NCBI GenBank assembly: GCA_038087875.1
Contig: CM075982.1
Location: 63,302,001-63,366,000 of the forward strand
DNA length: 64,000 bases
Source of the DNA: Malacoraja senta
Lineage: Eukaryota
Direction of reading: 5' to 3'
A program made the translations under genes and the position numbers. Of the stretch, positions 12,184 to 23,347 are shown piece by piece. The notes under the pieces are model-generated. The model made no database searches and was not told where the DNA came from. It saw only the letters and a list, made by a program, of their open reading frames with translations. Every line of letters begins with the position of its first letter. The stretch's first letter is position 1.

Positions 12184-12275
12184 GTGAAAAAGGTCGTTTA
12201 GCCTATGATGCATTTGACAGACTTTGGAAGGAAGGCATGAAGCAAAATTCAACTACTCAAATTACTATTCTCTGA
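12184..12275 (+). CDS. RIPOR3: RIPOR3 terminal coding exon (GEKGRLAYDAFDRLWKEGMKQNSTTQITIL*)
   Basis: ttgtacag acceptor; GEKGRLA motif; TGA at 12273-12275; ITIL end resembles the mammalian RIPOR3 C-terminus. Confidence 0.92.
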
Positions 12276-12493
12276 ATATTGAATTTTAAAAACCATATCA
12301 ATATATTTGTGTTGTAATTGTGCTTATACAGTAATAATATTGTATAAAGATGTTATCAAATGGTTATCCAAAGGTCCAAGAAAATGATGTTCAAGATAGT
12401 TGCTACATTTGGATCATACGAAAAAGCTGGACTTCCTTGTCTATTGATCAAACTTGCAAATATGCTGTAGATTGCATATTTTTAACATTCTTA

Positions 12494-12543
12494 AATAAAT
12501 GTTCAGATTATTTGGAATAAACTATGTTCAATGTGTGATTAAA
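12494..12543 (+). terminator. Candidate RIPOR3 polyadenylation signals
   Basis: AATAAA at 12494-12499 and 12516-12521, ATTAAA at 12538-12543, about 220 nt after the stop codon. Confidence 0.55.
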
Positions 12544-13299
12544 GTTGCATGAAGTACACCATAATGATAGATTACATTGCCAAACTATCTTTCTGGTTGT
12601 TAATTTATTGTCAAAATATTTTTGCAATTCAATGCACAAAATTCAGTGACAAAAACAAGGCTTGGACATGTCATCGTGCTAACACACTGACACTTTTACT
12701 ATGTTCACTTAGTGGATGTTCACAGATAGTAAAGAGACTGCAGGGGAGGGTGGAGGAGTGAGCTTACATGGACTGTACTTGCATAAAGCCAGTTTGGGCT
12801 CAATGGACTGGAAGGCTTCTTTCAGTATTGTAACCTAGATTATGTTTAATTTTCAATTTGGAGAATAGATCAGAATATTAAAATTAAGTTTGTAGATTTA
12901 AAGTTGTTGAATGCTCTTGGGCTTCATCTGGAAATCAGACGTATCCAATTAATTCCTTTCACAGGTGCAGTATGAGAAAATGAAGAGGTGCTGAGAATTT
13001 TGGAACGTTCCCAGTTCTGTGAAAGGGTCCATTTCCATGAAATAGAACCTTAGTTAACAAAGGTTAGGACCATGTTCCCACAGGTAGCAAGGTCCTAACA
13101 AGACCATTTATGTTGGTCCTATGAAGGCAAATTAAGTTGTAAATATTGTTATTCTTTAATGTGCACCCTTTACTATTCTCGTTGTCTTATTTTCACCTTT
13201 TTTGATGGAATCTGCAACCCCATATCTTAATAGTCCACTCCATTAATTTTCTCCAAATTAGAAAATTTCTCCACCACGCTTTGTCCTGTACCTTCTCTC

Positions 13300-13657
13300 T
13301 CTCAGCTTTATCCCTCCCCTCCCCTCTCAAACATAATTATCTGAAGGGTCCTGACTCGTAACGTCACCTCTCCATGTTCTGCAGAGATGCTGCCTGAGCC
13401 GTTGAGTTATTCTAGCAGTCATTTTTGTAAACCAGTATCTGGAGTTACTTGCGTCTCTGAGAAAATTGCTTATTCCCTCTCCTTCCAACCACAAATGCAT
13501 TCATCATATTTTTCATGCACATTTATCTACAAAAGAGGGCTATTTTTGACACCATTTTCTTCAAACCTGTCTGAAGAGACCCGACCCAAAACACCACCCA
13601 TCCCTTTTTCTCCAGGGATGCTGCTTGACCCACTGAGTTACTTTGTGTCTATCTTCT
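13300..13657 (+). repeat. Two degenerate Penelope pLTR copies in the RIPOR3-PTPN1 intergenic gap
   Basis: ctgaag...aacgtcacc...gatgctgcctgag at about 13341-13455 and ctgaagagacccgacccaaaac at about 13571-13655. Confidence 0.6.
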
Positions 13658-14288
13658 GAAAATATTTAGTCATATTTTTTTTAATATCAGGAAGATACGT
13701 CCTTCACTGCAAAGATTTCAAGCAGCAGTTAGACCTGTTCCCAAATGATCAAAATTGAATCTAGTAGAAATCTTTGTATCAGGGGTTTGGTTGCTGAAAC
13801 CTAGCAAATTGCTTAATCTCTATTTACAGAATAATGAGTTCTACAAGCTCATTAAGCTATTTCGACCCACCCAATCAGACACATTGCCCTTATCCTACAC
13901 ATTATTCCCCCCGCCCCCCAACTTCTCTCTTACTGAAATCTAATGTGCAGTTCACCTGTTCCCAGTTCTGACAAATGGTTGCAGGCCCAAAACATTAACC
14001 ATCCTTCTTGCACAGATGCTGCCTGACTTGCCATGTTTTACCAGCCTTTTCTGTTTAATCACATTTCCAGTCTTCAGATTTTTAATTTCTAATAGAACAG
14101 TTTTTCATAGTTAATTTCCACTGAAGTAGCAAACAGGGTGCAGTGATGATTAAGACATGCTAACTGATAGAAAAACAAAAATTACAAAGTCTTATTTCAA
14201 CAAATTTGCTGAATTATTTACTAAAAAGTCTTCCACCATTTTTGAAGTAAAATTGTCTGACAGTCAAAAATAGTCAGAAAACACAAGC

Positions 14289-17200
14289 TTTATTTCAATG
14301 AATTTAAACTTTCAACTGTAGGTTTTAAAGTTTGTAACTGAATATATATGACACATCAAGAGAAAACAAGCAGGTTACTTTCAAATTGGTTTTATTTTGA
14401 AATGAAGATTTGTGGTGCACTTTAAAGCCAGCTTGTAAAATCGAAAATGGTTCTGCAGTCTGTAAATGCTGGAAAAGCCCCAGACCCTGCTTCTTACATA
14501 AATGGTTTAACAATACAAAACCGTAGAAAATAATATGCATAAACAGCTAATGCTGCCTAGAAAATAGCAACAATACAGTTATTCTTAATCTACAAGATAC
14601 TATACAAGAATAAAGTAAAATACACAAAGCTGTTTACCATCTGTAACAAAAAGCTAAAAAATGTGAAACAGTCAAGTGGGAACATGTTAAAAGATCACAC
14701 CAGCTCAAGTAAAAACAAAATCCGTATCTTTTTTTATTTTAGGTACAGAAAAGTGCAACATTTAACTCCTAAGTTGCTTTACCAGTAATTTACTTAATAA
14801 ATGACTGTAAAAATGGTCCACAGTTTACATTTCATAATCCTGGGAGTACACTGATAAGGATTTATGTTGTTTGACAGTGCACTTAGGAGGAAACATTCAA
14901 TGATCAAACTTTGTTTTACTGAATTGTTTGAAGTTATGCTGTTGATAAACACTTAGTGCAAGCAATTAATTTTAAATTATAACCTAGAATTGCATGGAAT
15001 TTTTTTTTTATAAAAACAAGCTGTGTCCAAGAGAGCACGCATCAAAAACAAGTTGGCATTCTTAAAAAAAAATGTTGTACATATTTGGTCCGAAAGTATT
15101 CAATAAAAACAAAAATAATTCCAGTCAAGTCAGACACATCCCTGAAATTTATGGAAACGAGCGTGATCTTATAGAATTTGTTGTTAACCATTTATATATA
15201 TATATATATTTTTTTCTTTAAAAAAAAAAATCACATTTCTGGGAAGACGACGAAAGAGAGAAAAAAAAGCATTAGAATTCATCTGCTCCTACCAAAAGGG
15301 CTCTTAACAATACACGTTATAAGAAATGTCTTAGCTTTAAGGCCATACAAATAAAACAGTGAACAGATTTGCCTTCTATACCAATTTAGAAAAACGGTAA
15401 ATGTTGAATAAATACCTTTGCATAACTGCAAGCCCATATGAAACATATCCAACATTGTTGCTGCTGTCAACTTAAATTGATGCTGGTCACATTATTTATC
15501 GGACCATGCATCTATAAGGTTTACATCCGTATTTCCAAGTGTTAAGAAAGGCATTTGTCACCTGTACTTTGAACAGCACAATAATCTTACACAGTGAGCT
15601 GTGAGCAATTAGATGTTACATTTTAGGCAAGAAAAAATGTATTTGTTATAAAAATGTTCCTTGATTAGATTTTTGACATAGCCCTGGAGTTTAACAAGTG
15701 ACTTCTGTTGCTACTGACCAAAAACTTAGTTTGGTAAAAATAAAATAAGTTTCAATTTCAATTGTAATCAAAAGCTCAATCTGAAATTCATTCATTGATC
15801 ATGTAGGTAACATACCACTTTAGATGTTTGGAAAACGAAAACAAAATCAATCTTCGAAAGACTAATTAAACTGGAATGAATACAACAAAGAATGTGATAA
15901 AATAAATCAGTATGGACAATTGTGATTGGGAAAATTGTTTTCATTAATCTGAAAGCCTCGGATAGGTTAGAGCTCACGTTCATTATTCTGAGCTATCAAT
16001 CACACTAACAATACCATCCTATCCAAGAAATGCTAATGCATGATTTTATAATACAGCTTCCACAATAGTTTTACCTCACAAAACTGAAGGCCCCATTGAA
16101 TTTTAGGTTAAAATGAATACTGATCAAACTAAAGCTTCCATTCCCATTTTTCTGACCAGCTTCCATTATTTATTAACAGATAGTTGGCCAGGAACTACTC
16201 ACACACTAGAATGTGTGTTATTGAATAATTCTACTCGTCCTGGTTTACTAGATCTAATAGTGTGAGGGGCAATTACTGTAGGAACTTTTTTCAATCCTGC
16301 TACTGAATAGCACTAGAAACTATATTGTGCATCATATTTCCTTTCTAACTGTAAAGAAAACATACAGTTAACACTTCTGAATAGTTGATGCTCACCAAAA
16401 TGTTTTTTTATTAAAAACTTGCACTTTATTAATGGTCCACAATCTGTGTATAATACCAAAATGTACAAAATGTTTAACCACAATCTCACTGCTTATCTGT
16501 TCAATTATCTTATTGGTATGACCATCTATAAAGAGCAAGAGCCAACGAGAACTTTAATTAAGGCATGTAGCAGAGCAGCTCAATAGTTTGTTTATAGTAA
16601 AGTAGTTATTTAGCAGTGTCTGTCATTTAAGAGGTATGCCAACTCATCTATTTTTGAATTTTGCTGTACATAAACATTATACAAGAGTCTAAGTTTAAAA
16701 TTCTGCATACCGGGTTCATTCACTGCTCACTTCTCACACGTTGAGCTGAAGTGGTAATGTTTCAGCATCGAGGAATTAAGTTTGAAATAAGCTGATTGAA
16801 ATGTTACCACAATGCCTCAGTCAAAATATTGGTAATGTATACAACAGAAGTAGAAGGCAGATTTGCCAGTCATATTGCTGAGATCTTTGCATGAAGAAAT
16901 TTACGTTCAAGTTTGTTTCTAAGACACCAAACTTCAATGCTTATAGAAATATGGTCTGCGCAAGGCAACAAAAAGTGAGATGTGAATAAGCCCTGCGGAC
17001 AATTTTGGAATGCCGGAACTACACATTCTGTACTTGAAATGTGGCAAACATCTCAATTACACTAATACATACATGCCATGGTAGATTCAAATACAAATAT
17101 TCTAGCTTTTATACAAATATCCACCATGGTAATCAATCACAAATTTGAACTTTTCAGTGTCTGTCTCATAACCACTGGCATCGTTACCAACCAGAATAAC

Positions 17201-18570
17201 CATGCAATTAATCTTCACAGCAGTAATCAAGATATACATCTTTCAACTTCCAAGCAATTTCATGTTTAATGATGGTACTGGAAACTACATGCATTCAACA
17301 CATTGGTGTTCAATGTCACACTGCCAGGATATAATAATGGGCATCCAGACCATTGACAATCATTCAACAGAGCAATTCAATAGCTCACACACTCTTATTT
17401 TCTACAATTATATATTATCAGATTCCCCATATTTATACATGACCCAAAAATGGCTAATTTTCATATTTTCTCAAGACAACAGAACTATATACTGACTACT
17501 TACAATTTTTCCTCAGATGAAGTACTGTCACCCTACATCTCACAGGGTAGATGGAGCTCAGCTTCCAGTACTGGCATGAGGTATATTACTTTATTTTACT
17601 ATGAGCCCTTGATACAAAGCTCTGATTAAAAAGACTATATTTTTAATACATTGGTTAACAAAAATGTCAAATGCACTAATACCTGTTACAAATAAATATG
17701 GAGTGAAAAATGCTTTGTTGCAGACTTGATGGTTTGAGCTCTATGTGTGGCACGGCTGTAAAAAAAATGCTGGTGGAAACGTTTTGCATTTTGTCGTATT
17801 ACACCTCCCTATTTTGTGATAGCCGAATAAGGAAAGACTAGAAGCCAGTTAATTTGCTTTCAAAATGTTTTGAGCAAGCAATATTGCAAGAGTAATAGAA
17901 AATGGTTAACAGACACAATTGATGGGGACCATTTTGCTAGAGAACCCTGAGCAGTGTGGAAGCCTCTTAGCAGAACTGTTTTGACAAAAGCAAAAACGTA
18001 ATGTCACAATTTTGCTGAGATTAATGCAATTTCACAGAAGGCAAAGCCCAAACATTGTATGAAAAAATATATACTTTTGATGACTGAAATGTGTCTGTAA
18101 AGAAAGCAAAAAGTTTAACATAAATGCTACATTTTATTTCCCAAGAATATAACATTGGATTTGTTTCCAATTGAACCAATGACAATTATCATTAACATTG
18201 GCAATTACGAAATAAGTTTACTGGGGCTGAAGGATGTGTATTTTTCCCAAACACAATTCTAAAGTGAGCAATAAAATAAATCAAAAGTACACCACCACCA
18301 CTGCTGGCCTTATACACTGAAAGACACGCACACTAACACATACACACCCTGACCCTCCCATATTTGGCATTTCTACGGCTTTCTCCTGAATATTCAAGGC
18401 CCTGAGATTTGAATGTTATACTCCTGGGACCAAGGGATTATAACAAACCCTAGTGCATCATCTTATCCCTATAAGCTCCAGTCTTATAATTTGTTTGCTT
18501 CCTAAGACATGGACCCTCGGCTTTATGAAACATGCTTTACTGTATAAAACATTATCCTCTAGGGTAGTTG
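14289..18570 (-). other. Probable long (about 4.2 kb) 3' UTR of PTPN1
   Basis: AT-rich, no recognisable repeats; minus-strand AATAAA at 14289-14294 and 14391-14396; true end not verifiable from sequence alone. Confidence 0.55.
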
Positions 18571-18787
18571 TCAATGGAAGTACACCCTATAGCAGAAGTA
18601 AGCCCCAGCTGTGAGAGCAGTGAGCACACATACATTAACCATAAAAGGTTTCCAATGTAACCATGAATTTTCCTCCTTCATCGCCTCCTCATCCTTTTCA
18701 CTTTTTCCTGGATTATCCTGTTCATTTGTTTGTTTGGGCATAAATGCATTCTCGCCAACGTGCCTCTTCCGTAGTCCTGGTTCTGAA
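18571..18787 (-). CDS. PTPN1: PTPN1 exon 9 with ER tail anchor (SEPGLRKRHVG...HWKPFMVNVCVLTALTAGAYFCYRVYFH*)
   Basis: cttttccttgtag acceptor, phase 2; WKPFxVNxC...AGAY.CYR membrane anchor; TGA at 18573-18571. Confidence 0.93.
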
Positions 18788-19492
18788 CTACAAGGAAAAG
18801 AAAGGCAACCATTACTTTCTGCTGGACGTACTTGACATCTGCTCAGGTGTTTGGCACCTTCTTACAAGGTAGCTAATAAGCCAATGTAGATTGAGACGTA
18901 ATTTGTATTATATTTTGTGACAATGTGAAACTTTGAACATTTCATTGTGTTAATAAAAGTTGTATTGCATGTTTGATTGTCCAATTTATTACATTACTGG
19001 ATAGCAAGGGATTCAAGGTGTATGAAGTTAATCTGGGAAGGTTTTACTGAAATATAAATTCAGCCACTGCATGGCAGAACAGGCACTGGTTCTGATTAGC
19101 CTATCCTGCCTCCATTTATTATGCCTCCAAAATATGCAATTTGTAATGTTTTGAAATGTCAGAGTGTGTAGATTATTATCTGCCTAAATCCTGGAGTTTG
19201 GTTTAAAACTTGATTTAATTTAAAAATGTCATTCACAGAACGTGATCATTACTGACTGCGCATTGCTATTTGTCTGAAAGGATAGTGGTGAGCAAAAGCA
19301 ACTGGCACTCATTCTGGGCACAGGAATTGAATCTTCCTGCACATGGAACAAACCTCCCTGTCAACAGCACTAGATCTTCTACAAATGGAAGTATTATTTT
19401 CTCAGGTGGACATTTTTTAAAAGTTAAACCATTTCACTTTAGGAAAAGACTATAATAGAGTCCAATATGTCAAATTTCAAGTTCAATATAGA

Positions 19493-19898
19493 TGTCCTGT
19501 ACATCAGTGAGACCAAGCACAGGCTTGATGATCGTTTCGCTGAACACCTCCGCTCAGTCCGCCTTAACCTACCTGATCTCCCGGTTGCTCAGCACTTTAA
19601 CTCCCCCTCCCATTCACAATCTGACCTTTCTGTCCTGGGCCTCCTTTGTCAGAGTGAGGCCCAGCGCAAATTGGAGGAACAGCACCTCATATTTCGCTTG
19701 GTAGCTTACACCCCAGCGGTAAGAACATTGACCTCTGACTTCAAATAGCCTTTGCTTTCCCTCTTTCTCCATCCCCTCCCCCTTCCCAGTTCTCTCACCA
19801 GTCTTACTGTCTCCACATTCTATCTCTGTCCACCCATTCCTTCTCTTCAGAGATGCTGCCTGTCCCGCTGAGTTACTCCAGCATTTTGTGTCTACCTT
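19493..19898 (+). mobile_element. Penelope-like GIY-YIG 3' fragment with partial pLTR
   Basis: LYISETKHRLDDRFAEHLRSV...HFNSPSHS...RKLEEQHLIFRL. Confidence 0.85.
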
Positions 19899-20247
19899 AG
19901 GTGGACATCTAAGTGTGCTTGGGATGACAACACCAGCAGTGTGGGTTACCCAAAATTGGAAAATTCAGATTTCATACAAGTGGGCCAGTAAAATATTGTT
20001 GCAATAGTGATCTTGAACTCCTGGATGTAAGTCATTTGAACTCCCAACACTGAATTGTTTGTCCTCAGCCTCCACCATTACCAAGGTGAGGCCGAATGCA
20101 AACTAGAGGAACAGGACCTCGTATTCCACGCGGGTAGTCTACAATTCAATGGCATGAACATTGAATACTTCAATTTCACATAACACGCACACCTCTATTC
20201 CTTTCTCTCCTGATGCACCTGATTCACTCAGGACCTCAATCTCACCC

Positions 20248-20983
20248 CTGCCAGCAGCATGTTCGTTATTTCTACTTTTGTTGTTGTTTTTTTTGTGTGT
20301 CCAAATGTTTGTTTTAGTGTCTCTCGGTGTCTTGTGTGGTGGGTGGCGAAGGGGGGAACCGCTTTCGGTCGCCTCCTCCATGGAGAGGCGACCTTTTCCA
20401 TGTCGTCTCCCTCGTGGCCTAACACCATGGATTGGAGCTGCCTTTCCCGGAGTCGGGCCCGGAGTTTCAGCAGTGGGCGCAGCGTGGACTTTTCATCGTG
20501 GAGCGGGCGTGCCCTTGCCGGGGTCGCCAGAAGGGAGTGCTCCGATCGCTGGCCCGCGGACTGTTACATCCTGAACCCGTGGTCTGCGGAGCTGCTAGCC
20601 TTGGACGCGGCATGGACTACCCTCCGGAGCGGGATTCCTCGGCGGGGATAGCCAGAGAAGAGCTCCAACTGCCGGCCTGCGGCCTACAACATCCTGAAGT
20701 CGCGGTCTCCGGTAAGAAAGCGCCGATTCGGGACCTCCAAGCCGTCCCAGCGAGAGGGCCTGTATATCCGGCCGTCCGTAGCGGCGACTGCGGAGGTTCA
20801 TGGCCCCGACCATGGGTGAACAATGGAGGACTGACTGAAGTTTATGCCTTCCACCACAGTGAAGAATGCTGTGTTGGATGTTTGTGTTAAATCTTATTGT
20901 GTATTGTGTGTTCTTTTTTAATTGTACCGCTGCTGGCAAATTCATTTCACTGAACTTATATGTGTATGTGACTATTGACTATT
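20248..20983 (+). mobile_element. GC/CpG-rich non-autonomous retroposon-like element with LINE-type tail
   Basis: CpG-rich body without a credible ORF; ends gcaaattcatttcactg...tatgtgactattgactatt, similar to Rex1-type tails. Confidence 0.5.
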
Positions 20984-21419
20984 CTTTCCAACCCCACACT
21001 CCCCACCGCTGTTACCCAGTTTCTTCCCCTCCTCTACCTAATTCCAATTAGTCTATCACCCACACACTCACACAACCTACCCCATCCCTTCCCCCCTCCA
21101 ACACAGCAACTGCGGAGTCTCTCCCTCACATGGTCCCACTTATGACTTTCCTTTCTTTATGGGACTCCAGAACATGCAGCCTTTCAATGTCTCCACAGAT
21201 CATCTGCCGGCCTCTGTCCACTCTCACCACACCACCTTCATCACTCAAATCCACCCGTCACTTGACATCTCCTGCCTTCACCTCTCCCCTTTACACTCTC
21301 AGTCCTGATGCAAGGTCTCAACGTAGAACATTAAGCATGCTGCCTGACCCGCTGAGATCCCCCAGCAGCTTGTTTGCTGCATCTGCAGTCCCGCGTCTCA
21401 AGCAGTTAGTTCACCAATT

Positions 21420-21915
21420 TGCATTTGTCTCAGAATAGAAACAGAGGATAGCCAGGTCAGCGTGGTATCAGGTAGGAGAGTTAACATGACAAACAACCAG
21501 TAGTTCAAGATGGCCGTTCTGGACAAAGCGTAGCTGTTCCATAACATGCTCACCAAGTTTATGCTAGGTTTTACCAATGTAGAGGAGGCCACATTGTGAG
21601 CACCAAATACAGCAGACCAACTTAGAAGAGGCAAAAACACTCTCCCTGTAATATTGTTTAGGATCCTGAAAGGTGATGGGGAAGGGGCTGTGAAGGGTCA
21701 GGTGTTAGACCTCCATCAACCACAGGGGAAAATGACTGGGAAATAGGAAGGTTGAGACGTCCACAGGTTCCCGAGGAGAGCAGTGGGAGAAAGGAAGATG
21801 TGAATAGTAGTGGGATCGTGCTGGAGCTGGCAACAATGGCAGCGAATGATGTTTTGGATGTGGAAGCTGGTGGGATGAAACGTTGTCTTCCATTGATGCT
21901 GCATGCCCCACTATG
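21420..21915 (-). mobile_element. Decayed Penelope-like endonuclease fragment
   Basis: Reverse strand reads SSKLVCCIWCSQCGLLYIGKT. Confidence 0.7.
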
Positions 21916-22286
21916 TTTCTTAGCTTACTGTTTTTGCTCTACCTTTATCACAATTGTTCAAGAATGCAAAAACTTTCATTTAAGACACCGAGTACATATT
22001 TTCAACAACTTCCCCACGCTAATTGCCTGCATTTCAACTACGGCAATGATCCTGGCCAAGTCTGCAGATTCATTAGCAAACATACTCAAGATGGCTGATC
22101 ATTATCCCTGATTTAACAATTACATATTCTGCATCAGCAGCAAATCTTTTCTCTCATGAATATTATCTAATCCGAGTCATTTGGAAGCACAATATAATTC
22201 ATGAGAGGAAAAAAAGCCTCAAACCCCAGAACAATTGTGAACTGTGCCACTACAACTGATGAGGGACAAATTGTCTTTGTACATAC

Positions 22287-22504
22287 CTTTCTGTTTGCGA
22301 CTTGGTAAGTTGGTTTATTTTGCCATCAGCGATATCTTCCACTTTTTGTTCACATGTTCTCTCATCTGGGTCTGTAAAACATATGATGTCATCTGGTGCT
22401 TTTCCATTGGGCATTTCAGTTGCACGTTTTGGGGGCCTCGGAGGTGGAGGACTATGTTCTGGTGGTGGTGCAAGGTCTTCATTAGAAAGCTCTTTCCATT
22501 GTTC
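22287..22504 (-). CDS. PTPN1: PTPN1 exon 8, proline-rich SH3-binding segment (EQWKELSNEDLAPPPEHSPPPPRPPKR...)
   Basis: Pyrimidine tract then aataag acceptor, gtatgt donor; 218 nt, phase 0 to phase 2; PPPPRPPKR is diagnostic of PTP1B. Confidence 0.93.
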
Positions 22505-22659
22505 CTTATTTATAGAGGGAAGAATTTGAGAAGATAATCGTTAGCTCATTATTCAAAACATTCCTGTTTTTCTCATTGTTCCAGAAGATACCCATCTAAT
22601 GCTTCCAAAGTTTCCATCTGCCCAGGGAGTTGGAGCAAGGGAAGGTGTTTGTTAGTTTG

Positions 22660-22835
22660 TTAACCAAATTGGAGAATTCATTGTTCATACCATTGGGTTT
22701 GTAAGCTACCCCAGCAGAATAAGGGGTGCTGTTTCTCCAGTTTGCTTGTGGCCTCACTTTGGCACTGGTGGAGGCCCAGGACAGAAAGGTCAGTATGGGA
22801 ATTGGAAGGAGAGTTAGCATTGGGGAGATCCAGAT
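22660..22835 (-). mobile_element. Penelope-like endonuclease C-terminal fragment
   Basis: Reverse complement of the LSVLGL...KLE..H...GMN region. Confidence 0.7.
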
Positions 22836-23004
22836 TCTAAAAACCTCTCTACCCATCAACTATTTGCTCGACTTTTATAATGATCCATGGCAAATATTTT
22901 AGTCAACTGTTGTAATACATTGTGGGTCAGCTAAACTTTTCTGAAGTTGTTTCTGTGACGCATCTTGGGGCCATTTTCCTTTGTAACACCAGTTTCTGAT
23001 GCAA

Positions 23005-23177
23005 TGATTGGAAAGCCACAGTTGCAGTATCTCCTCCAGACCCAAACCCATCTCAATGCACCAGGGCGAGACTGCAGCATTGATGAAGATGTTGACTTTC
23101 AGATAGCTTATTAACATGAAATCCCCATCTGCCTGTTTAGCTGCATGCAAAAAAATTCCACAACAGAATTCAAGGTT
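23005..23177 (+). repeat. Possible ancient DeuSINE (SacSINE1/AmnSINE1-like) Deu-domain remnant
   Basis: Resembles the Deu-domain pattern (gcagcattg...ctttcagat...ccccatctgcc...aaaattcca); recognised by eye only. Confidence 0.4.
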
Positions 23178-23204
23178 GTCGGTGATCTAATAAAAAGTAA
23201 TAAA

Positions 23205-23299
23205 AGGTAGACAAAAATGCTGGAGAAACTCAGTGGGCGAGGCAGCATCGATGGAGCGAAGGAATAGGTGATGTTTCGGGTCGAGTCTCTTCTTCAGAC
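23205..23299 (-). repeat. Penelope pLTR solo copy
   Basis: Reverse complement gtctgaagaagagactcgacccgaaacatcacctattcc. Confidence 0.75.
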
Positions 23300-23347
23300 A
23301 ATAATAAACATTTGTGGATCTTTCTGTACATAAGGCAACTATTGTAA

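Noticed and set aside
20139-20945. Cluster of overlapping 100-150 aa ORFs
   Set aside because: Stop-poor GC-rich repeat; no splice or homology support.
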